From: Bacteroidaceae bacterium
Lineage (GTDB): Bacteria; Bacteroidota; Bacteroidia; Bacteroidales; Bacteroidaceae
Assembly: GCA_017617235.1 (NCBI GenBank)
Contig: JAFZWQ010000042.1
Coordinates: 18,401-82,400, forward strand
Direction of reading: 5' to 3'
Length of the DNA: 64,000 nucleotides
The number at the start of each line of letters is the position of its first letter. Position 1 is the first letter of the stretch. The notes under the pieces are model-generated. The model was not told the DNA's origin. It did not search any database and saw only the letters and a list, made by a program, of their open reading frames with translations. A program made the translations under genes and the position numbers. Below are positions 36,201 to 42,365 of this stretch, piece after piece.

Positions 36201-36910
36201 GGGAAGTAATCCTCGTCGTAGTAATCAGCGTACTTCTCGACGGTGGCTTCCAGTTCCTTCAATGCGGCTTCAGCCTCGCTGTTCTTAACAGCCGGATAGA
36301 GCTGGAAGTCACCTACATGGAAGTAAACACGATAGCCATAGCTTGCACCTGTTGCATCTTCGCAATAGAAACGCAGGTACTTGTAACCCTGAGGATTAAA
36401 GGCGTCGCCGTCGCATGTCTCGTTCTTGGAACCGAACGGGGTCTCGATTTCAGCAAGCGGTTCACCCCATGTTTCCTTCTCAGTGAGAGGGTCTGCGAAG
36501 AGGGCTTTGCGGTACTTCTCATCCGTATAGTCTGGGGTATCGTTTGAGCCGTAAACCGACCATCTGATGGTGTGGTCGTTGTCGGCATTGTTACGACGGA
36601 CATATCTGAAAGCAATCAGCATTTCGTCGTCATCGTAATAGTCGTCGGGCATTTCAACCTGGAAGAAGTGGCTTCCGTTCACGTTGTGAGGGGGATTGTC
36701 GTGCCATGACGAATGCCAGAATGTGTTGGCCTGTCCGTCGAGCATGTTTGCCAAACTACCCTCGTTCGGATCGGTCCAAGGACTGCTCAGCTGAGAATCC
36801 TCTGTGATGAAGGGATAGTCTTCATCCAGAGTGTACTGATACTGTGCATAAGTCGCAGTCCCGCCGAAGAAGCTGACCAGCAAGGCCAGCAAAAAGTAAA
36901 TTTTCTTCAT
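33233..36910 (-). CDS. 1225-aa secreted protein (paralog B) with two discoidin (F5/8 type C, CBM32-like) domains, ricin-like modules and a T9SS C-terminal sorting domain; function unknown
   Basis: Start set to MKKIYFLLALLVSFFGGTATYAQ (36910). Discoidin-like segments ...MLDGQANTFWHSSWHDNPP...HFFQV and ...LIDGDATTFWHTDWHGNYS...HYLQV. CTD ...GAVYTLDGRLVSKKATLNDMSKFGKGIYILNGTKVTVK. Confidence 0.85.
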   Translation of the reverse strand: MKKIYFLLALLVSFFGGTATYAQYQYTLDEDYPFITEDSQLSSPWTDPNEGSLANMLDGQANTFWHSSWHDNPPHNVNGSHFFQVEMPDDYYDDDEMLIAFRYVRRNNADNDHTIRWSVYGSNDTPDYTDEKYRKALFADPLTEKETWGEPLAEIETPFGSKNETCDGDAFNPQGYKYLRFYCEDATGASYGYRVYFHVGDFQLYPAVKNSEAEAALKELEATVEKYADYYDEDYFPQGNKPGLFSEELVMAFLDAYDAADEAVWDEIDDVDEIKRLQAELIAAYDTIWTSRVPITLENGYYRFRTVARYYQYEIDPETGDKTDEKIYSTKYMRAKLNGEQGVYEGCWGTPDDMTQDASALWKVTKLEDGRYDIMNMGYDMRVDTIARSTTVTLSKESTATFTLSAVYTDDEDNSWVNMRNNDEDDYSYLHQCDHNIKNESPGEGEATGSRMVGWVSTFDMPNRTPGASEWIPELVPAEEAEEILKNFEPYKNREVMLAAFDSIMTASKTNLDIAIDPIHVDLITDASQLSSPCSDSAEGQHIEYLIDGDATTFWHTDWHGNYSGEFQGGLHYLQVQFEQPIGKQVYLNIVRRDTDNDHPTQWVVFGGTDPEDLEDDNWVVVDTLDTPYAGKKTTAKSAYFDPKDATVLRLAPINCQGASASFRYFWHSAELQLAYEEPNPNAQAISMGDVVPALQAVVEKYDTVSHDNVTVEMYEELKAAYEAFMAKFVDPTVLRDYLASVKGFEEKVVVGTDPGFWTSDADAVSFKQIYDNAVAYDEAGHYTASESEGYKTQLEALVEKINSTANPVQAGKWYRMRFATEEFYEDHGWDKLPGGETIEYSEQIQQRTSDYLWGKYAAAGELQIDSVARTDGEEGKVAVYSSREAENSELGIGDRIYFFNDEDLQNKDMSYWRFIALGDTAFIMQNKATGMFINAQRVAVLSAQPSMFQPEPAGYGMNYLKASSLTRNSLKNNDQNFLHAQVQQNVLVHYNRNSDWDNKRCRFYLEEVGPVEADYDGTSVNVPMAYGSINTYCFPVEMTPVEGQGYKLWSVAKAEENKLTLVEIKTSVYPGRPFIAVYADTAQYIAGEDPEMVEMKKGYDFVLEPQATDLLKGTFEGTSIKIGSIIADGNKFSVVKSSYNVGINGAYITTGDSEDNGGFDRRLEVVVDFGDGEDGIATALANVSKVGAVYTLDGRLVSKKATLNDMSKFGKGIYILNGTKVTVK

Positions 36911-36972
36911 TGTGGTTAGTTTTTGGTTAGTAAATAAAGGTTTCATTAAGGTTTTCCGCTGTAAAAATACAA

Positions 36973-37007
36973 AACTTCCCTCTAATCGAAAAGAAAAGAG
37001 GGAAGTT
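36973..37007 (-). terminator. Hairpin terminator after the DUF4954-like gene
   Basis: AACTTCCCTCT (36973-36983) pairs with AGAGGGAAGTT (36997-37007). T-rich sequence follows on both strands. Confidence 0.65.
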
Positions 37008-37030
37008 TTTTACGTTTTTTTTGTTTTTTT

Positions 37031-38989
37031 CTATGATAATCGTGCAATCCACTTGTCGCCAAGGGCGCTTTTTGTGGCGATATGTTGCTGAACGGCAGTC
37101 ACGAAGGGGTTGCTCTCGAATTCTCCTCGCACTTCTGCAAAGTCAGCCTCTGCCGTACGGGTGTTGCCGTCGAATCCGAAGCCTGTTTTTGTGGACAGCG
37201 AGAATTCCTTGTGGGCGTCCTGGTAGAGCATGTTGTCGAGGTCGACAACGGCCTTTTTCCATTCCTTAATTATATATACTTGGTTTTCTTTCTTCTGCAG
37301 CTCTTCCTCGCTGAGGTTGTAGAATCGCAGCATCAGCTGGTATGCCCAGGCCCATTCGTAATCGTAGTACAGGGCGTGGATTTTCTGGAGTCGCTGAATA
37401 ACTTCGCTATGGCTGTTCACCAGTCCCTTTTCCACATCGTTCATCAGTCGGGTGATGGCAGAGTGTGGGGCGATGAGGCCAGAGAGGTCCAACCAGTCGC
37501 CTTCGCCCAGGGTGTATTCGCATTCGGGTTTCAGAATGTCAGTCTTCTCGAGTCGCGAAATGAGGGAGTTGCCCAGGAATTTCTTGATAGCCATGCGATA
37601 GAGGCAAATGCCGCGTTCCAGGGCCGAGTGGGTGATTTTGGCGCTTTGGTAGGTGTAGGTGTCGCTGGTGGCTCCGGACAGGTCGCGCAGGCGCTGCAGC
37701 ACGTCCAAACCACGCAACATCTTGTCGATGGTGTAGGGCGAGAGCAGGTTGAAGTTCACCAGGTCCAACTGGCCTTCTTTGTTTCGTTTGTCGCGTTTGG
37801 GCCATTTCTGTGCGTCGCGGATAGTGCCGACAGAACGCAGGTTAACGGCAGGTGCCAGCCATGTTTCGCCATGTTTCTCGATGAGGTACGAGAAGGGCAG
37901 GGCGGATGTGTCGGGATTGCTGCTGTGACGTCCCATGACGAGGGAGAAGGCTCCGATACGTGCCGGCCAGAGGATGTATGAGTCGCTGGCAGTCTTGGCT
38001 CCGCGTTCCAATGCGCCCTGATGGATGGGGCCCAGTTTGTACATGTGGTTCGACTGGTTCGAACCTGAGCCTGCATTCATGAAAGAGAATATGCCGGCAA
38101 TGAGGAGGGTCGATTTGTGGTGGGTTACGGTGAAGGGTCCTGCGAAGATGGCGCATGCTTCGCCATTCTCCTCCTGACAGTTGCAGAAGAAGAGCGAGTC
38201 GCTTGCTGAGTATCCGTGTCCCAGTGTGCAGGCCTGTCCGACATAGACACGTTCCAGGGTGGTGCAGTCTTCGACACGGCTGCCGTCCTGTACGATGAAG
38301 TCCTCGGCAATTACGCCATAGCCGATATGTACGGGTGCCTTCTGGCGCGACATCAGGGAACCGTTCTTCAGGCGTCCTGCTCCTTCAATCTTGCTCCAGG
38401 GGCCCAGGAACATGTTCTTGATGTAACCTGTGTCCACAATCGTCGAGTTGTTGCAGATGTGTCCACGTTCCGAACGGCGGCTTTCTGCGATTTCCGCTGC
38501 GAAGTGTTTCATGCGCTCTGTCAGGACGGGACGGTGGCGATACATGGCCTGCATATATGCCTCCTGGGCTGTCAGGCAGTCGTGGATGGTGACTTCGCGT
38601 CCCCCTGTTTCGTTCAGTACGGATACTTCCGTGCCGTTACCAAAGCTGGTGGGGCCATCGACAATGATGATGTCGACGTTCTCGATGAAACAATCGTCGT
38701 CGATGTCGTAGTTGGCAATGTAGTTCTTTATGTTCTCGATGCAGCAGTCGTTGCCCACTGTGGTGTTGTGCAACGTGGCGTGGAACAGTCCGGAATGCTT
38801 GTGCATGCCTCCAGGCATGGTGAAGGATTTGTCGAACTTGCCAATGCGGCAGCTTCCGGAAAGGCGCACGTGGCGCAGGTATTTCAGATTAATCGACGGG
38901 TGCACCAGGATGGCGGACCAATCTTCTGCTGAACAGCTTTGTGATTCGAGCTGTGCAATTTCTTCTGGGGTCAGTTTTCTGTATTCCAT
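37031..38989 (-). CDS. DUF4954-like protein with a predicted beta-helix N-terminal half; function unknown
   Basis: 652 aa, no signal peptide. The N-terminus MEYRKLTPEEIAQLESQSCSAEDWSAILV matches my recollection of Bacteroidales DUF4954 proteins. Short periodic hydrophobic repeats (CIENIKNYIANYDIDDDCFIENVDIIIV). Confidence 0.7.
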   Translation of the reverse strand: MEYRKLTPEEIAQLESQSCSAEDWSAILVHPSINLKYLRHVRLSGSCRIGKFDKSFTMPGGMHKHSGLFHATLHNTTVGNDCCIENIKNYIANYDIDDDCFIENVDIIIVDGPTSFGNGTEVSVLNETGGREVTIHDCLTAQEAYMQAMYRHRPVLTERMKHFAAEIAESRRSERGHICNNSTIVDTGYIKNMFLGPWSKIEGAGRLKNGSLMSRQKAPVHIGYGVIAEDFIVQDGSRVEDCTTLERVYVGQACTLGHGYSASDSLFFCNCQEENGEACAIFAGPFTVTHHKSTLLIAGIFSFMNAGSGSNQSNHMYKLGPIHQGALERGAKTASDSYILWPARIGAFSLVMGRHSSNPDTSALPFSYLIEKHGETWLAPAVNLRSVGTIRDAQKWPKRDKRNKEGQLDLVNFNLLSPYTIDKMLRGLDVLQRLRDLSGATSDTYTYQSAKITHSALERGICLYRMAIKKFLGNSLISRLEKTDILKPECEYTLGEGDWLDLSGLIAPHSAITRLMNDVEKGLVNSHSEVIQRLQKIHALYYDYEWAWAYQLMLRFYNLSEEELQKKENQVYIIKEWKKAVVDLDNMLYQDAHKEFSLSTKTGFGFDGNTRTAEADFAEVRGEFESNPFVTAVQQHIATKSALGDKWIARLS

Positions 38990-39077
38990 ATCTTATTACC
39001 TTAATTTCAATGTTTCCTAATACAATAATATAACGTCGCGCGCGTTATTTTATTATATAATAAGGTAAAGAAATCTG

Positions 39078-39569
39078 ATGTTAGGGGTGCGAAATCCATT
39101 GGTGGCGGTTGCCCGGCTGTGGTACACAGGGGGCAATGGCATTCACTCGCCCTTCGCCTATCAGATGGTGACGCAAGTGCTGTGCCGACCAGGCCGTTAC
39201 TATGCTGACGACTGGCTTTACCCGTTGGGCGACAGATTGTTACATCCGCGACGGACGGCTGTCCGCAGGTTGATGTTCCGATTGGCGAACCATTGGCAGC
39301 CAACGTGTGTCAGCGCCCCAGAGGTGCTTCATCCCTACCTGCACGAAGGGTGCCGCAAGGCGCAACTACAGGTGTGCCAGGAACCGTTGGTAACGTTCGA
39401 GGGCAAGCAGGGACGTATGGTTGCGCTGGTGGACTTGCAATGCCATCGGGGGTTGTGGCACAAGATGAAGGACGAGCCCGAAGTGAGCATCACCTTCGAC
39501 CTTTACGACGTGGGTATTGCCCTGTGCGTGCCCAAATTGAACAGACAACATTACAAAATAAACTGGTAA
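39078..39569 (+). CDS. Hypothetical protein of atypical composition, tightly coupled to the adenosyltransferase gene
   Basis: 163-aa ORF ending 2 nt before the ATG at 39572. Rich in R/C/H/W and GC-rich. The GIHSPFAY segment faintly recalls small Bacteroidales methyltransferase-like proteins. Confidence 0.5.
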   Translation: MLGVRNPLVAVARLWYTGGNGIHSPFAYQMVTQVLCRPGRYYADDWLYPLGDRLLHPRRTAVRRLMFRLANHWQPTCVSAPEVLHPYLHEGCRKAQLQVCQEPLVTFEGKQGRMVALVDLQCHRGLWHKMKDEPEVSITFDLYDVGIALCVPKLNRQHYKINW

Positions 39570-39571
39570 CC

Positions 39572-40117
39572 ATGAAGAAATCGAACGTATATACCCGTAA
39601 GGGGGATACAGGAACGACGGGTTTGGTGGGCGGACAGCGGATTCCGAAGAACCACAGTCGGCTGGAGGCTTATGGCACGATGGATGAACTGAACAGCCTG
39701 GTGGGCCTGTTGGTGACGGAGCTGACGGACGAGGACGACAGGGACATGCTGGTGCAAATCCAGAACGACCTGTTTGCCGTCGGGTGCGAACTGGCCACCA
39801 TCGATCGGGTGCCCAAACATGCCGTCAGCAGCGACGATGTGGAACGGATGGAACGTGCTGTGGATGAGGCAGATGAGTTGTGTGGCGGCTGGAAGGGATT
39901 CATCCTGCCCGGTGGCTCGCATCCTGCCGCTTTGGCCCATGTGTGCCGTACGGTGTGCCGCAGATTGGAAAGGCGCATCTATGCCATAGACGATGGTGTG
40001 GAAACCGACCCTGTTTTGTTGCAATATATCAACAGGTTAAGTGATTATTTCTTTGTCTTGGCCAAGAAGATAAATATTTTACAGGGCGTAGAAGAAAATA
40101 TTTGGCGAAATCGTTGA
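39572..40117 (+). CDS. PduO-type ATP:cob(I)alamin adenosyltransferase
   Basis: 181 aa starting MKKSNVYTRKGDTGTTGLVGG...RLEAYGTMDELNS, which is the PduO-type signature. The ORF-track version (39293) is an upstream extension overlapping the previous gene. Confidence 0.9.
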   Translation: MKKSNVYTRKGDTGTTGLVGGQRIPKNHSRLEAYGTMDELNSLVGLLVTELTDEDDRDMLVQIQNDLFAVGCELATIDRVPKHAVSSDDVERMERAVDEADELCGGWKGFILPGGSHPAALAHVCRTVCRRLERRIYAIDDGVETDPVLLQYINRLSDYFFVLAKKINILQGVEENIWRNR

Positions 40118-40144
40118 TTATTTCATTCCAGTGTACTATCTTTG
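40113..40144 (+). promoter_or_regulatory. Promoter of the DUF2795-like gene
   Basis: GTTG (40113-40116), a 20-nt spacer, then TATCTTTG (40137-40144), 32 nt upstream of the ATG at 40177. It lies within the 3' end of the adenosyltransferase gene. Confidence 0.55.
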
Positions 40145-40176
40145 CACGCCGAAAACGAAAACTAAACACAAAAGAT

Positions 40177-40398
40177 ATGTATTGGACACTGGAATTGGCC
40201 TCGAAGCTCGAGGATGCTCCCTGGCCAGCAACTAAAGAGGAACTCATCGACTATGCCGTTCGAAGCGGTGCTCCCCTGGAGGTAATCGAGAACCTGAACG
40301 AAATCGAGGACGAGGGCGAAATCTACGAAACCATCGAGGACGTATGGCCCGACTATCCGACAAAGGAGGATTTCCTCTTCAACGAGGATGAGTACTAA
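40177..40398 (+). CDS. Small acidic DUF2795-like protein
   Basis: 73 aa: MYWTLELASKLEDAPWPATKEELIDYAVRSGAPLEVIENL.... Start reset from 40102 because the promoter -7 box sits at 40137-40144. Confidence 0.75.
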   Translation: MYWTLELASKLEDAPWPATKEELIDYAVRSGAPLEVIENLNEIEDEGEIYETIEDVWPDYPTKEDFLFNEDEY

Positions 40399-40407
40399 AG
40401 CAGCAAC

Positions 40408-40440
40408 AAGCGAGGTTCTTCGGAGCCTCGCTTTCTTTTT
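40408..40440 (+). terminator. Intrinsic terminator with a UUCG tetraloop
   Basis: GCGAGGTTC-TTCG-GAGCCTCGC, followed by TTTCTTTTT. Confidence 0.85.
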
Positions 40441-40473
40441 CCCGTTGCCTTGTGTCCCTCTTCATGTAACCTT

Positions 40474-40582
40474 GCATCCTTGTTCTTGACACACAGCTGT
40501 GTGACAAGGGAAGCGTTACTAATGTTCCGTGGGTAGGGATAGTATTCCTTCGCTTGTCACACAATTGTGTGTCAAGAGGAGC
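40474..40582. repeat. Composite palindromic intergenic repeat, copy 2
   Basis: It has the same 29-nt and 25-nt arms as copy 1 (40485-40513 and 40553-40577). The central ~40 nt is divergent and partly matches the reverse complement of the copy-1 centre. It lies 15 nt downstream of the GH27 stop. Confidence 0.9.
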
Positions 40583-40596
40583 GACACAATCCTCCG

Positions 40597-42354
40597 TCAC
40601 TTGGCAAGCATCTTTCTGCGGTTCGCGTCGATATAGATGCCGTGTTGGCGCGAATGGGGACGGGTCTTGCGTCCGCTCAAATCATACGTAGCGCCGTTTC
40701 CCTGCGAATCCTTTGAACTGATGTTCTGCACACCGTTGGCCTCGAGCGATTCCAGACGGAAGTAATCCATATCGGGCATCCAGCTGCTGGAGTTGCTGAA
40801 ACGAATCGTGTTCATACCCGGCTCCAGGCGAATCTCGACGGAACGCGTACCTTGCTTGTCGAAACCGCCAGAGTTCAGGTTCGTCAGATTCTTCGATTGA
40901 CTGCCATTTACCGTCAGTTTCGCAGAGCGGTTCTCGCCTGATAAGTAGCCCAGCGTGAGGCGATACTTGCCGCCATTCTGGCTGTAGACATTCTCCCAGA
41001 CAAGGTCGTTCTTGTCGTTCTTCCCCAGATAGCCCACCTTGCAGCCACACGATGCCTCCTTCTTCTCGTCGTAAGAGGCGCATCTCTCGCTCCAGTCGAT
41101 TTCCTGATAATTGCTGTTGAAACCCGTCTCCGCCTCGTAAATCGTGCGCTCCAGACGTGTTTCGGCATCGGCAATGTAAATGCGGGTTCCGTGGGCAGGA
41201 ACCTTCACCGTGAACGTTCCTTCGACAGGGTCTTCGTCGAGTTGTTTGAACAGGTCGCGCAACTGGATGGTTCCCGCCAGGTCCATCAACGAGAAGTCCA
41301 CATCCACGTTTTGCCTTCTTTCGCTGGGATTATAGACAGCAAAGGCTCGCTTCGTGCCGTTCAGCGTCTCGATGTCTTTCACCAATACATAGCAACTGTC
41401 GGTTCGTTGGCACACATAGGCCTGCAGGTGCAAAGGGTCCTGGTTCAAGGCAACCAGCTCCGTGTTCTTCAGCAAAGCCAGGGGAATAGGCTTGATGCTG
41501 GACATATCGCAGCCGATGAGCAGGGGCGAGGACATAATACACCACATACCGAAATGGGTCTTGTCCTCCTCGTTAGTCAACGAGCGGCCCACCTCCAGCA
41601 TATCCATATCGTTGTAGTGTCCGTTGCGGCAGTAGGCGCTCAGGTACAGGTTCTCGGCGATGATGTTACGCACACTTTCCCAACTGCAGCTGATGTCGCC
41701 CGTGGTTCGCCACGAGAAACCAACCTCGCTGGCCCATGTGCCAGGATAGGCCCAACGGCAAATGTTCATGCGAACATCGGTGCGCCCCGTATTCTTGATG
41801 GCTTTGGCGATAGCGGTGTAACGTTCGCGCTCGTTCAGCACCAGGTGGTCTTCGTTGTGATAGTACGAGCCGCCGCAGAAGTCGATTTTTATGAAGTCGA
41901 ATCCCAGGTCCTTGAAGAAGAAATCGGCATCCATCTGGTCGTGTTCGTACATACCCACACCCTTGCCGATGGGGTCGCCGCTGAACATGCTGCCACAGGT
42001 GTTGCGTCCAGCGTCGCTATAAATGCCGGCTTTCAGGCCTAACTCATGGATATAGTCGACAATCCCCTGCAACCCGTTGGGGAAACGGGTGGGGTGGATG
42101 AGCAGATGCCCCGTCTCGCTGTCGCGTCCGCCAAAGTATCCATCATCTATATTTATGTACTTGTAGCCCGCATCAGACAGTTTCTTCTCCACCATTGCTC
42201 GTGCCTGTTGGCGGATAAGCGACTCGCTGATGTTCACACCATAGGTGTTCCAGGAACTCCATCCCATTGTGGGCCCATCGTCATTTGCCTCTTGTGCAAA
42301 CGAGTCAAGAACTAAAAATGAAAAGCAGAATAATAAAAATGCGATGCGTTTCAT
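40597..42354 (-). CDS. GH27 glycosidase (alpha-galactosidase or beta-L-arabinopyranosidase type) with a CBM6/35-like module and a T9SS C-terminal sorting domain
   Basis: GH27 motifs MGWSSWNTYG and YINIDDGYFGGRD. The carbohydrate-binding-module-like segment starts at IYEAETGFNSNYQ. C-terminus ...ATYDLSGRKTRPHSRQHGIYIDANRRKMLAK. Start reset to MKRIAFLLFCF (42354), which removes the overlap with the upstream gene. Confidence 0.85.
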   Translation of the reverse strand: MKRIAFLLFCFSFLVLDSFAQEANDDGPTMGWSSWNTYGVNISESLIRQQARAMVEKKLSDAGYKYINIDDGYFGGRDSETGHLLIHPTRFPNGLQGIVDYIHELGLKAGIYSDAGRNTCGSMFSGDPIGKGVGMYEHDQMDADFFFKDLGFDFIKIDFCGGSYYHNEDHLVLNERERYTAIAKAIKNTGRTDVRMNICRWAYPGTWASEVGFSWRTTGDISCSWESVRNIIAENLYLSAYCRNGHYNDMDMLEVGRSLTNEEDKTHFGMWCIMSSPLLIGCDMSSIKPIPLALLKNTELVALNQDPLHLQAYVCQRTDSCYVLVKDIETLNGTKRAFAVYNPSERRQNVDVDFSLMDLAGTIQLRDLFKQLDEDPVEGTFTVKVPAHGTRIYIADAETRLERTIYEAETGFNSNYQEIDWSERCASYDEKKEASCGCKVGYLGKNDKNDLVWENVYSQNGGKYRLTLGYLSGENRSAKLTVNGSQSKNLTNLNSGGFDKQGTRSVEIRLEPGMNTIRFSNSSSWMPDMDYFRLESLEANGVQNISSKDSQGNGATYDLSGRKTRPHSRQHGIYIDANRRKMLAK

Positions 42355-42365
42355 AGGGCGTTTCG

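Noticed and set aside
34427-36547. 706-aa plus-strand ORF (with 33215-34264, 349 aa) antisense to discoidin gene B
   Set aside because: It is a shadow ORF. The minus-strand frame has a signal peptide, recognisable domains, a paralog and a T9SS CTD. The antisense product is low-complexity (V/L/C/G-rich) with no promoter box or motif. Long stop-free antisense frames are expected for this codon bias.
36911-36972. Promoter for discoidin gene B (candidate TTTC-N19-TATTTTTA on the minus strand)
   Set aside because: It is only a partial match to the consensus in both boxes, and it overlaps the upstream terminator hairpin. That is too weak to list as a feature.
39293-39571. N-terminal extension of the adenosyltransferase ORF (274-aa version)
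   Set aside because: The PduO-type family N-terminus (MKKSNVYTRKGDTG) starts at 39572. The extension overlaps the preceding ORF in another frame and is Arg/Gly/Pro-rich, with no resemblance to a protein family.
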